From Spirochaetales bacterium (GTDB taxonomy: Bacteria > Spirochaetota > Spirochaetia > CADAEX01), in assembly GCA_024233785.1 (NCBI GenBank), contig JACKPD010000003.1:40190-104189 (forward strand): 64,000 bases of DNA, read 5' to 3'. Under the pieces are notes generated by a model. The model saw only the letters and a list, made by a program, of their open reading frames with translations. It was not told the origin of the DNA and ran no database searches. Shown in pieces: positions 1-9,721 of the stretch. Position numbers and translations under genes: made by a program. How positions within the stretch are numbered: the first letter of the stretch is position 1; every line of letters begins with the position of its first letter.

Positions 1-58
1 ATACCAATAATTGTTAAAAAATTATATTACAAAAAGATATCGGCTTTACAAAAATAGT

Positions 59-1414
59 TTATTCCTCATAAAAATGGAACAACATTTTACCGCGCTGCTT
101 TGCACAATACATTGCTGAATCTGCTTTTTTAAGAAGATCGGAAATTGACGTTCCATCTTCAGGATAGATTGATATCCCGATACTTACCCCGAGGCTGATT
201 AAAAGCCCCTGCAGATTCAGAGGCTGTGAAATGCTGTTTATAATCTTATCGGCAATTTTTTCTATGTTATCCCTGGAGTCCACATCATGAAGTATTACAA
301 CAAACTCATCTCCTCCGTGCCTGCAGACTATATCTGATTTTCTTAATGAGTCCTTTATCCGGGTAGATGTTTCAATAAGGACCTTGTCTCCGGTCTTGTG
401 CCCGTAAGTGTCGTTTACCTTTTTGAAATCATCAAGATCGAGGAAAAGTATGCCGAGTATCCTGTTCTTCCTGTATGAAAGATTTAAAAGCTGCTGTGAT
501 ACAATCCTGAACAGCCTCCTGTTGGCAAGCCCGGTTAGGGGATCATAAAGCGCATAATACTGCATTGTCCTGTTTGACAGCAGAAGGATAAGAAAAGAAA
601 GGGTTAAAAACATGGCAATCGTTATGCCGCCGATTCTGGCAAACAGAATCTTCCTTTCTGATTCAGGATCGCTCCACCCGCCGGCCGGGACAGCGCCAAG
701 CACCCATGAATCATCTCCCAGCTGTACGGTAAGTATTACAGGATCATTATTGAATATTTCTTCCTTCCCGAAAAAAACATCTCCGCATTCACCCGAACCG
801 TCTCTTCCGCTGAGGGCAATCTCAATCCCTGATGCATTGTCCTTAAGTCCTGAATTCTCATAAACACAGTCAGCATTTATAACAATACTTGCAAGTCCCC
901 AGTATTCTGTTTTTTCCGTATCCCTGTAGATTGGTATTCTTCCGATAAAGCCTGTTCCGCCCTGTACAAGGCTTACAGGCCCGGCAAGAGTTTTGCGCTT
1001 TAATTCCATCACTTTGAGAACTGAATCCCGCTGTTCCTCGTTTTCAAGATATGAGAGGCCTATTGCCTTCTTATTTTCTTCATATGGACTTACATAGGTA
1101 ATAACATTTCCCGGCGCTAACGCGATATTTCTGATTGAATTGGATTCCTGAAGAACAAATTCAGCCAGACGGTCCATTTCACTTTTTTTAAAGTCCTGAT
1201 TTACTGCTATGCTTGCAATAAGACCGTAGGTAAGGTTGAGATTTGTGTTAATTATGCTTTCAAGCTTTACTCTTACAATATTCGCTTTTTCCGCGGTAAG
1301 GACCCTGAGGACAGCCCTGTTTTCTTTTATAACCAGTCTCACATAGTATTCTGACAACAGGACCAAAGCGGATAAAAACAATATTGTAATAGCTATTATG
1401 TATCTTCTTTTCAT
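59..1414 (-). CDS. sensor diguanylate cyclase (TM - periplasmic sensor domain - TM - GGDEF)
   Basis: 451 aa ORF with ATG start. N-terminal TM, about 230 aa predicted periplasmic region and second TM. C-terminal GGDEF domain with intact RHGGDEF active site and RKSD I-site five residues upstream. Confidence 0.85.
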   Translation of the reverse strand: MKRRYIIAITILFLSALVLLSEYYVRLVIKENRAVLRVLTAEKANIVRVKLESIINTNLNLTYGLIASIAVNQDFKKSEMDRLAEFVLQESNSIRNIALAPGNVITYVSPYEENKKAIGLSYLENEEQRDSVLKVMELKRKTLAGPVSLVQGGTGFIGRIPIYRDTEKTEYWGLASIVINADCVYENSGLKDNASGIEIALSGRDGSGECGDVFFGKEEIFNNDPVILTVQLGDDSWVLGAVPAGGWSDPESERKILFARIGGITIAMFLTLSFLILLLSNRTMQYYALYDPLTGLANRRLFRIVSQQLLNLSYRKNRILGILFLDLDDFKKVNDTYGHKTGDKVLIETSTRIKDSLRKSDIVCRHGGDEFVVILHDVDSRDNIEKIADKIINSISQPLNLQGLLISLGVSIGISIYPEDGTSISDLLKKADSAMYCAKQRGKMLFHFYEE

Positions 1415-1458
1415 ATGTTACTTTATTAAATTCGATATAATAATTTTATAGACCCTGA

Positions 1459-2904
1459 TTACTCAGAGTCCCGGTTAATTTTATAATTTTCCCCATACTT
1501 AACAATTTCCACGCTTTTTATTCCAGCTTTTTCAAGTTCCTTTTTAAGGTTATCCTGAGCATCAGGTTCACCGTGAACAAGAAAAACCTTTTTTAATTTC
1601 TTTAAATCAAGGCGCGATACATAATCCCTGATTTCATTGTAATCCGCATGCGCGCTGAATGCGTTCAGCGACTCGACCCGTGCCCTTAAAACAAGTGTAT
1701 CACCGAATATTTTTATTCTGCTGGTTTTTTCCTGTATCCTTCTTCCCAGTGTGTGCTGCGCCATATAACCGACTATGAGGATTGTGTTTTCAGGTTTTTC
1801 AACTGTCTGTATCAGGTGATGCCTTATCCGCCCTGCCTCGCACATGCCGTCCGCGGAAATTATTATAGCCGGCCCTTTGACATCGTTTATGCTTTTTGAT
1901 TCCTCAACGCTTGACGTATACCTGAGGGAGTTGAACCCGAAAGGATTTTGATGGTGCTTTATAAAAGCCTCATTGGTTTCAGCATCATAGCATTCAGGAT
2001 GTATTCTGAAAATTGCAGTAGCGTTAGTTGCCATAGGACTATCCACAAAAATCGGCATTTCAGGGATTTCTTTTCTGTCCAGAAGAAGGTGAAGATGATA
2101 GATAATTTCCTGTGTCCTCTCAATCGCGAACGCGGGAATAACTACCTTGCCCCCTTTCTCCGCAGTCTCCCTTATAATCTCACCAAGTTTCTTCTCCGCA
2201 TCAAAATCACTATCGTGGAGCCGGTCGCCGTAAGTGCTTTCAATTACAAGATAATCAGGATCAGGTATAATTTCGGGGTCCCTGATAATAGGTTTGTTGT
2301 TTCTTCCGAGATCGCCTGATGATGCAAATATTATCTCTTTTCCATCTTTATCCTTTATCCTGAAAACTGCTACTGAGGAACCGAGGATATGACCCGCATC
2401 ATAAAAGGTAAGTTCAACTTCAGGGGTCAGAAGTATTGGCCTTTTATATGAAACAGTAACAAACTGGTTTCCTGTTTTTATAACATCTTCCTCATCATAA
2501 ATAACTTCTCCGCTGAACTGGGTTCCGTTCTTCAATGCTTTTTTCCTGAGATATTCAATATCTCTCGCCTGAATATGGGCGCTGTCCATCATAATCAGTG
2601 AGGCAAGGTCCCGCGTCGCGGGAGTTGCGTATATATTTCCTGAATATCCGTTTTTAGCAAGAACCGGGAGCATTCCGCTGTGGTCAAAATGGGCATGGGT
2701 CAGAACTACCGCGTCCACATCTTTTATATCTTTTGCTATAGCCCTGTTTCTTTCCTCTGACTCCTGCCTTTTGCCCTGATAGGCCCCGCAGTCAATCTGA
2801 ACAACAGATCCGTTAACTTCGAGATAGTGGCGTGATCCTGTAACTTCCTGGGCAGCCCCTCTTGAATAAAAATTAATTTCCATAATCAGCTCCTTGCGGC
2901 TCAA
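1459..2904 (-). CDS. MBL-fold beta-CASP hydrolase, probable RNA-metabolising ribonuclease (RNase J / CPSF-like)
   Basis: 481 aa. HAHFDHSG (HxHxDH) metal motif. N-terminal segment typical of the RNA-specificity beta-CASP family. Confidence 0.65.
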   Translation of the reverse strand: MSRKELIMEINFYSRGAAQEVTGSRHYLEVNGSVVQIDCGAYQGKRQESEERNRAIAKDIKDVDAVVLTHAHFDHSGMLPVLAKNGYSGNIYATPATRDLASLIMMDSAHIQARDIEYLRKKALKNGTQFSGEVIYDEEDVIKTGNQFVTVSYKRPILLTPEVELTFYDAGHILGSSVAVFRIKDKDGKEIIFASSGDLGRNNKPIIRDPEIIPDPDYLVIESTYGDRLHDSDFDAEKKLGEIIRETAEKGGKVVIPAFAIERTQEIIYHLHLLLDRKEIPEMPIFVDSPMATNATAIFRIHPECYDAETNEAFIKHHQNPFGFNSLRYTSSVEESKSINDVKGPAIIISADGMCEAGRIRHHLIQTVEKPENTILIVGYMAQHTLGRRIQEKTSRIKIFGDTLVLRARVESLNAFSAHADYNEIRDYVSRLDLKKLKKVFLVHGEPDAQDNLKKELEKAGIKSVEIVKYGENYKINRDSE

Positions 2905-3053
2905 ATATGCGTGAATAACCGGACACTCTGGGTGCGGTAAAACCTGATTATAATTCAGTTTGAAGTTTTACCTCTTTTATTCTAAATCCGAATACGCCTT
3001 TATGGCAAACAGTAATTCCTGTAATTGCGTTTTTGTAAACATTTCCTGCCGAT

Positions 3054-3698
3054 TCATGTATAATCCGGCACACCAGGGACCATTGGGACAAATATTACTC
3101 CGGCAAGATCCTCGCGGATAAATCTGCTTCTGTATCTGGTGACTTTAATAAGGGTCTGGCTGACAGTTCCCAAAGGGAGAATCATCCTGCCCCCGTCATC
3201 ATTAAGCTGTTTCAGCAGTTTTTCCGGCATGGCTGGAGGAGATGCGGTTAACATGATTACATCAAACGGCGCCTGATCCGGAAGGCCGTTGTAGCCGTCG
3301 CCGAGTATAATTTCACAGTTCATAAATCCATTGCCGGACAGTGTATTACCGGCGCGGACCGCTAGGGGCTTTATTCTTTCAACTGAATATACTGATCCGG
3401 ATAAACATGAAAGCACAGCGCACTGATAGCCTGAACCTGTGCCGATTTCAAGGACTTTCTCGCTGCCGGTAAGGGATGCTGCCTCAGTCATCAGCGCCAC
3501 TATATAGGGCTGGGATATTGTCTGTTCATGCCCGATGGCAAGAGGCCTGTCCTCGTAGGCATAAAGCGCTTTCTCCGGCGGAACAAACAGGTGCCGTTTG
3601 ACTTTCATCATTGCTTCAAGGACTTTTTCTGAAGAAATACCCCTGGCCTTTATCTGATACTCAACCATCTGCTTTCTTTTGCTTTCATACAAATCCAT
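3054..3698 (-). CDS. pcm: protein-L-isoaspartate O-methyltransferase
   Basis: 214 aa with the conserved HEQTISQPY and SAM-binding EIGTGSGY motifs. Confidence 0.85.
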   Translation of the reverse strand: MDLYESKRKQMVEYQIKARGISSEKVLEAMMKVKRHLFVPPEKALYAYEDRPLAIGHEQTISQPYIVALMTEAASLTGSEKVLEIGTGSGYQCAVLSCLSGSVYSVERIKPLAVRAGNTLSGNGFMNCEIILGDGYNGLPDQAPFDVIMLTASPPAMPEKLLKQLNDDGGRMILPLGTVSQTLIKVTRYRSRFIREDLAGVIFVPMVPGVPDYT

Positions 3699-3736
3699 AA
3701 AGTAAATTTAATACATAACTATTATAAAATCGAGCC

Positions 3737-4891
3737 TTGCACTGTGAAGTTAGCGGTGATAATATTGTAATCATGAGAGTCACAAAAGCATTAATAAGCG
3801 AAGATAATTTCCTTTACAATCTCAGGAACATAAGGGAAAAAACAGGGAAACACAGAAAAATATGCATTGCAGTTAAAGCGGATGCCTATGGACACGGAGC
3901 CGCGGCGCTTGCAGGCAGGGCCGTTGAAACAGCTTCTGCGGATTACCTCGGGGTTGCAGCTGTAAGCGAGGGCGCGGCCTTAAGGGAAAAAGGACTCAAG
4001 GCGCCGATACTTCTTTTCAGTCTTGCGTCATCCGGTGAAACGGGTGAATTATTTGATTTTGATATTACCCCTTTCACCGCAGACATATCCTATCTCAATG
4101 ATATAGCAAAAGAAGCACAGAAAAGGGGGGTCAGGAAAACTGTCCATCTCAAGATTGACACCGGGATGAGAAGGATCGGATGCAGGCCTGAAGAGGCTCC
4201 TTTAATAGCGGAATTTATCTCGGAAAATAAAAACCTTAAACTCGGCGGCATATGCACCCATTTTCCGGTATCCGACACAAGGGACAGGGAATTCACGGAA
4301 AACCAGATAGCTTTATTTAAAAATACTGTTGATAAAATCAGAGAGAAAAAAATCGATACAGGACTTGTCCATGCGGCAAACTCAGGCGCCATTCTGCAGT
4401 ACCCGGAGGCCTGGTTTGACATGGTAAGACCGGGGATAATACTTTACGGCTCATACCCGGACACAGAGACAGAAAAAACATTTGACATAAAACCGGTAAT
4501 GACTTTTGAATCTTCAGTCCTTTTTATAAAAAAGGTTAAAAAGGGAGACAGGGTATCCTACGGACTTACATGGGAAGCAAAGGAAGATACCTTTATCGCT
4601 ACCATTCCGGCAGGCTACGCTGACGGGTATAACAGGCTTTTAAGCAGCAGGGGAAAAGTTGAGATAAATGGCTCACTATACCCGGTTGCCGGAAGGGTCT
4701 GTATGGATCAGTTTATGGTGGATATAGGGAATAACAGCAGTATCAAAACAGGTGACAAGGTCATACTGTTCGGCGGGAATTCAGCAGTAAGCGGCGATTC
4801 TGTCGCGCAGCTCTGCGGGACAATACCATACGAAATATACTGCAATATCAACAAGAGGGTTCCGAGAATTATTGTTCAGGGTTCTCTTTAA
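3737..4891 (+). CDS. alr: alanine racemase
   Basis: AVKADAYGHGA PLP-lysine motif and full-length racemase architecture. The true start may be the internal Met at about 3773. Confidence 0.85.
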   Translation: MHCEVSGDNIVIMRVTKALISEDNFLYNLRNIREKTGKHRKICIAVKADAYGHGAAALAGRAVETASADYLGVAAVSEGAALREKGLKAPILLFSLASSGETGELFDFDITPFTADISYLNDIAKEAQKRGVRKTVHLKIDTGMRRIGCRPEEAPLIAEFISENKNLKLGGICTHFPVSDTRDREFTENQIALFKNTVDKIREKKIDTGLVHAANSGAILQYPEAWFDMVRPGIILYGSYPDTETEKTFDIKPVMTFESSVLFIKKVKKGDRVSYGLTWEAKEDTFIATIPAGYADGYNRLLSSRGKVEINGSLYPVAGRVCMDQFMVDIGNNSSIKTGDKVILFGGNSAVSGDSVAQLCGTIPYEIYCNINKRVPRIIVQGSL

Positions 4892-5267
4892 TTATCTGCT
4901 CCATCCTGGACAACCGCTTTGATATCTCGTTTACACGGAACTCTATCGAATTGAGTATCCAGAATTGGAAATGCTCCACCTTGGTCTGCCTGTGAATCAT
5001 CCATATTATCTTTACTGAAACAAGAAGCACACCAAGTTCTATTGAAAACAGGGAAGGATACGGAATATTTAAATGGAAAAGGTGCCTTAAGATATCAGCG
5101 GCAAAAAGCAGGAAAATTATTATAATAAAAAAAATATTCAGGAACTTGTCTTCACTTTTCTGCCGGGAGCCTCCAATCGACTCCATAATCTTTCTTATCT
5201 TTTCCTTTTCCCTTCTGAACGATTCAAGCTCTGCCTTTAAATTTTCCATCTCTTTTTCATCTGACAT
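4869..5267 (-). CDS. hypothetical small membrane protein (N-terminal coiled coil, 2 TM)
   Basis: 132 aa ORF, 45 nt downstream of the MCP on the same strand. Its 3' end overlaps the alr 3' end by 23 nt (convergent). Confidence 0.4.
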   Translation of the reverse strand: MSDEKEMENLKAELESFRREKEKIRKIMESIGGSRQKSEDKFLNIFFIIIIFLLFAADILRHLFHLNIPYPSLFSIELGVLLVSVKIIWMIHRQTKVEHFQFWILNSIEFRVNEISKRLSRMEQIIKENPEQ

Positions 5268-5312
5268 TATTACTCCCCCTAAAAATACTGCAAAAGCAGT
5301 TTCAGCTTTTTC

Positions 5313-6578
5313 TTAAAGCTTTTCGGAGCTTAAAATATTCCGCAGCAACTTTTCAGCATTATCAAAATTTTCAAGAAACCCGTTGATATCAGCTTCAAGA
5401 TTTCTTCCCGAGGAATCAAGCGTTTCAAGCGCCTGGGAAAAATTCATTTTATTATCCGCATTCATAGCTGCATTATTTTTCATACTTTCTGCTGATTTAT
5501 AAAGCCCGCCAGCAGCATTCATGATTTTATTGCTTTCTTCAGACTGCTCATTTATTGCTCCTGTAATATCTGCGACAATACTTTCTGTTCTTGTCACAGA
5601 ATCCATTATTGCCTTCAGCCCGCCGGACGCGTTCTGTGCGTTTGAAATCATTACCTTTATTGTTTCAGAAACATTTTTTACCAGCTCTGATATTTTTCTC
5701 GAACTCTGGTTTGTTTCTTTTGAAAGCTTCTGTATTTCTCCTGCCACTACAGAAAAACCCTTACCGGCATCTCCGGCATGTGCCGCTTCAATTGCCGCAT
5801 TCATTGCAAGAAGATTTGTCTGTTCCGAGATATTGTCAATAACTATAATAATTTCTTTTATCTTATGGGATATATTTTCAATCTCTGTTATCAGAGATAT
5901 GGTTTTAGTTATATCCTCACCGCCTGATTTTACGGTTTCGGACATTTCGCGTGATATCAGTTCAGCACGATGCGCGATCTGCGATTCCTTTGATATTGAT
6001 TCAATCAGATTTTTTATTACATCAGAAAGTCCTGTTATGGAATCAATCTGGTTTCCCGCGGCGCTGCTCATATAACTTTCAAAATCCTGATGACTTTTTT
6101 TAAAATTCTTAAAGATTCCGGCCGCATTGATGATTTCAGCGTGATATTTTTTTATATTTTCAAGAATATTTTTTTTATTATTTATGTGCTCCATCATGGA
6201 CGCTAGTTCACAGCTGTAATCTTCAGCCCTGGCTACGGACTCAGAAAGTTTTCTTTCCAGTTCCCTGTTAACTTCTTTCTGTTCCTTTATTCTCATGAGA
6301 AGACTGCTGCACGGTTCAATAATGTCAGTGACAACGTCATCCTCACTGTCAAATTCCAGAAACAGTGTATCTGAGCATTTTCTGCAGTTCGTTTCCGCCC
6401 TGTTCAAAGATAATACCTGTATGGCAGACAGAATAACAGAATATAATATAAGCAAAGGTAAAAAAGCCCCCTCTTTTCCGGGATAAAGTTCCCTGAAATA
6501 ATAAAGAGCGGCAGTACCTGTAATAACAGCAATAAAGAAAATAATTTTATACCTGATATAAGTGCTTTTGAACATCAT
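5313..6578 (-). CDS. methyl-accepting chemotaxis protein (two N-terminal TM, no periplasmic ligand domain)
   Basis: Highly conserved MCP signalling segment LLAMNAAIEAAHAGDAGKGFSVVAGEIQKLS. Only a few residues lie between the two TM helices. Confidence 0.85.
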   Translation of the reverse strand: MMFKSTYIRYKIIFFIAVITGTAALYYFRELYPGKEGAFLPLLILYSVILSAIQVLSLNRAETNCRKCSDTLFLEFDSEDDVVTDIIEPCSSLLMRIKEQKEVNRELERKLSESVARAEDYSCELASMMEHINNKKNILENIKKYHAEIINAAGIFKNFKKSHQDFESYMSSAAGNQIDSITGLSDVIKNLIESISKESQIAHRAELISREMSETVKSGGEDITKTISLITEIENISHKIKEIIIVIDNISEQTNLLAMNAAIEAAHAGDAGKGFSVVAGEIQKLSKETNQSSRKISELVKNVSETIKVMISNAQNASGGLKAIMDSVTRTESIVADITGAINEQSEESNKIMNAAGGLYKSAESMKNNAAMNADNKMNFSQALETLDSSGRNLEADINGFLENFDNAEKLLRNILSSEKL

Positions 6579-6707
6579 ACAATATATTCCTTGTTACTTG
6601 AAATGTGGTAAAAAAAGGTTTGATGCTGTCAATCATATATTAGGTTAAGTAAAAAATAAACATTTTTTTCAATGCAGTCTTTACAATATACCTTAAAATA
6701 AGTGTTA

Positions 6708-6736
6708 TTGACTTCCGGATGAGTATTACCGATAAT
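6708..6736 (+). promoter_or_regulatory. candidate sigma70-type promoter TTGACT-17-GATAAT
   Basis: Good -35/-10 match with 17 nt spacing ending about 11 nt before the ATG at 6748. This implies a very short or leaderless 5' UTR. Confidence 0.4.
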
Positions 6737-6747
6737 CTAAATTAGTT

Positions 6748-8301
6748 ATGAAAAAAAGCAGTATAATTATAATCTTTTTCCTGAATCTGGTTTATTTAAT
6801 AAGTAATCTGGGCGCGCAGCAGGGAATCAAAAAACCTGAAATCCTGCCTGTAATTGCAGTTGCCGGAATAAATAACATGACAGGCCTTTCCTCAATTGAC
6901 AGGACATCAGAACTGATTGAAGAAACCTTAGTCAGGAATCTTGATCTCACAGGAAATTTCAGGACTTTCATCAGCAATGACGGGAAACAGTTTACAAATG
7001 AAAGCGGAATGTATGAATACTGCGGCGACAATAATTTAAGCTATCTTTTATACGGGAATATTACTAAAGCCGGCAGGGATATAACTATAGAAGTGAACAT
7101 ATTCAATGCTGCTGATAATAGAGGACATCTTTCTGTCAGGGAGACTGCGGAAACACCTGCGAAACTGCGGACCTCCATGGATAATATATTCAGGGAGGTT
7201 TTCAGGTTCCTGACAAATGAATATGTCTCTTTTGCCTCAGTTTCATTTGTCAACCGGGGTCAGGATGAAGGCTCCTGGACATTGTTCATTGACGGTGTCG
7301 GTATTGGAAAAAATATTGAATATATCGATTACCTTGTCTCCGGCAGCAGGAATATCAGGATTCTCCAGAACAGGATGGGAAGCGAAACAGTTCTTGCAGA
7401 TACAACCATAATCCTTAAACCAGAAGACAGGGTAAGCATTGAGTTTGAAATACCTGCCTTAACGGAAAAGGAAAAAAGGCTTATCAGCAGGTATGAAAAA
7501 CCTATCGGCCTCTACTTAAATGATAAATTTAAAAGCAAAAGAGTAGCTGCTGCTTTTGACTCAGTCCTCAGTCTGCTCGAAGACCCGTCTTTCTGCTCTA
7601 CAGCAGTCGATAAAAAGAATGAGATCACCGCAAAGTATGAAATATGGAAGAAAAATATGACTGAATGGGGCCTTACCAGAGGCCTTACAGCGGCTGACCT
7701 GCCTTATTCCGCCGGATTAAAAACAATGGTTCTGACAAGCACATACGATATTTCAGACTGGGACATGGCAGGCAGTAAACCGCAGGGTCAGAGCAGCTCA
7801 TCTTTCGGGGGAGGATTTTTCTGTTCCGCCGATATATTGAAATCCGCAGGGATCCAGGGAGAGTTTAATTTTTACAATCAGAAAATACCTGCATCCTTTG
7901 ACAGCGGCTACCCGCTTCCTGATCCTTCTAAAATGGAAACTTCCGCCTGGTATATGGAATTTCCCCTTATAGTATATTACAGAATACCGTCGCATCTTTT
8001 AAAATTTTATGCGGGAGCCGCGCTTAAATACAGGACAACTATTATGAGTGTCGACATCACAGATGATACAACCGGAACTTCATCCGGCTCAGAATATGAT
8101 GAAGAACTTCTCAGAATGGCAAACAGCTCATGGCTTGCGGGAGGCTCTCTTGAATTTCCTCTCAACAGCAGCCTTTTCTTTCTCGATTTCAGATACAGCA
8201 GGGATTTTTACAGCTGGTTTAAGTCATCAGCCCCGGAAAAGGATTTTATCGCCGGCTATCTTGCATGCAGCGTTGGATACACAATAAAGGGCGGCAGATA
8301 G
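6748..8301 (+). CDS. hypothetical secreted/outer-membrane protein
   Basis: 517 aa. Cleavable signal peptide (hydrophobic core, AQQ after cleavage, no lipobox Cys). No recognisable catalytic motif. Confidence 0.5.
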   Translation: MKKSSIIIIFFLNLVYLISNLGAQQGIKKPEILPVIAVAGINNMTGLSSIDRTSELIEETLVRNLDLTGNFRTFISNDGKQFTNESGMYEYCGDNNLSYLLYGNITKAGRDITIEVNIFNAADNRGHLSVRETAETPAKLRTSMDNIFREVFRFLTNEYVSFASVSFVNRGQDEGSWTLFIDGVGIGKNIEYIDYLVSGSRNIRILQNRMGSETVLADTTIILKPEDRVSIEFEIPALTEKEKRLISRYEKPIGLYLNDKFKSKRVAAAFDSVLSLLEDPSFCSTAVDKKNEITAKYEIWKKNMTEWGLTRGLTAADLPYSAGLKTMVLTSTYDISDWDMAGSKPQGQSSSSFGGGFFCSADILKSAGIQGEFNFYNQKIPASFDSGYPLPDPSKMETSAWYMEFPLIVYYRIPSHLLKFYAGAALKYRTTIMSVDITDDTTGTSSGSEYDEELLRMANSSWLAGGSLEFPLNSSLFFLDFRYSRDFYSWFKSSAPEKDFIAGYLACSVGYTIKGGR

Positions 8302-8335
8302 ACAGGGGCGGTTCAGGTCATCCCGCCCGGCTGTC
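8301..8335. terminator. GC-rich hairpin between convergent genes (bidirectional terminator candidate)
   Basis: gacaggggcgg/ccgcccggctgtc stem (11 bp with a 2-nt bulge) followed by T5. Sits exactly between the stop of the 517 aa gene and the stop of the LUD gene. Confidence 0.5.
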
Positions 8336-8343
8336 AATTATTT

Positions 8344-8979
8344 TTAAAACCCCAGATCTTCCCCTACAAGCAGTACTTTTATTCTTCCAATTACTGCCGA
8401 GCGTCTTGTAATAACTGTGTGGCTGCATATAGACCCCGGTGAAACGCAGTGTTCGCATCTGCCGGTTGAAGCGCAGGGTGTATTTTTGGAGAGTCTCATG
8501 ACATTAATTGGCGCGGCATAGTTTTTAATTCTATCCATCGCGGCTGCTTCATCTGTCGCGATTTTGTTCATTCCCGCAACAACTATGACATAAGAGGGCC
8601 CGCAGCAGATAGCCGCAACCCTGTTGCCGGTACCATCTATATTTAAAAGTTTCCCGTCCATGGTAATTGCACTGGAACTCATAAAATAATAATCCGATGA
8701 AAGCGCATCCCTGAATATCTGATTAAGTTTTTCTGGAGTATCAGCAGTTTCCCGGTCTATAGTTTTATATTTTCCTGATTTTAATAAATCCATAGTACCT
8801 GTCTCTTTGAGGGTCATTGAACCGCCCCAGGACACAACAGAATTCTCGGGTATAAGTTCTTTTAGAAAATCAAGGAGCAGTTTTGAATTATCAAAATAAT
8901 GCCCTTCAATCCCTCTTCTTTCAAAATGCTTCAAGACTTTTTCAGAAACAGCAGCATAATACATTTTTTTGGCGTCCAT
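8344..8979 (-). CDS. LUD-domain protein (LutC/YkgG-like, DUF162)
   Basis: 211 aa. Sequence pattern of the lactate-utilisation LUD fold. Cys-rich C-terminus. Confidence 0.5.
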   Translation of the reverse strand: MDAKKMYYAAVSEKVLKHFERRGIEGHYFDNSKLLLDFLKELIPENSVVSWGGSMTLKETGTMDLLKSGKYKTIDRETADTPEKLNQIFRDALSSDYYFMSSSAITMDGKLLNIDGTGNRVAAICCGPSYVIVVAGMNKIATDEAAAMDRIKNYAAPINVMRLSKNTPCASTGRCEHCVSPGSICSHTVITRRSAVIGRIKVLLVGEDLGF

Positions 8980-9000
8980 TTTTTCCTCCTGACAATAAAC

Positions 9001-9690
9001 CTATTCTTTAATATATTTTCCGCCCAGAGTTTCAGACAGATAAACAGATACAGGATCCCCTTTATAATAGACGGCTGACTCCAACCCTGCTCCGGCCTCA
9101 AGATGCCCGGAAATATTCACTTTTATTATACTGCCTGTATATGAATACGCAAAGCATTTTGAAGCTTCTAGGAGAAATGCGTCTATTTCCCCGCCGTTTG
9201 AAGCTCTGGCTTCAAGATTTTCAGATTTCCCCTTTATTTTTATTTTCGAATTTCTGCCGCAGTTTATCAGCAGGTCAGAAGATTCCGTAAACAATTCCAT
9301 TGTCGAACCTGAATCTGCCCTGATTTCCGATTTCGCGGAAAAAACATTTCTATAGGATTTTACAAGAACCCCGGATGAAGCGGAAAGTTCTGTAATCAAT
9401 TGTGCCGGCGTTATTTTAACTGTAATGTTCCTGGGCTGATATATTCCGCTGCTTTTGGAAACTATCAGTTTATCTCCCGATACTGTTGTTTCAATATCAT
9501 CAGCGCTCCCTGAACCTGCCGTTATGGAAATACTGCCTGACTGCCGGGGTTCCTCAAGAACCGCGTTGAATCTTCCGGTCAGTTCAATTCTTGAAAATGA
9601 GGAAATATTTCTTCTGTATTCCGTGCTTTCCCCTGAAACTGAAACGTAAGGAGATAATAACAGAACAAAAAGAACAATCAGGAAACGCAT
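9001..9690 (-). CDS. secreted DUF2807-like protein (GIN/adhesin-head-like beta-helix)
   Basis: Signal peptide. Repeated SSG..V...AD.N beta-strand motifs and the characteristic VYYKGDP terminal motif. Confidence 0.55.
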   Translation of the reverse strand: MRFLIVLFVLLLSPYVSVSGESTEYRRNISSFSRIELTGRFNAVLEEPRQSGSISITAGSGSADDIETTVSGDKLIVSKSSGIYQPRNITVKITPAQLITELSASSGVLVKSYRNVFSAKSEIRADSGSTMELFTESSDLLINCGRNSKIKIKGKSENLEARASNGGEIDAFLLEASKCFAYSYTGSIIKVNISGHLEAGAGLESAVYYKGDPVSVYLSETLGGKYIKE

Positions 9691-9721
9691 AAATAAATCA
9701 TATTCGCCCGGCCCATTACGG

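Noticed and set aside
5521-6075. 184 aa plus-strand ORF, and a nested 83 aa ORF, antisense to the MCP gene
   Set aside because: Low-complexity S/I/F-rich translation with no start context. Typical antisense shadow of a conserved gene.
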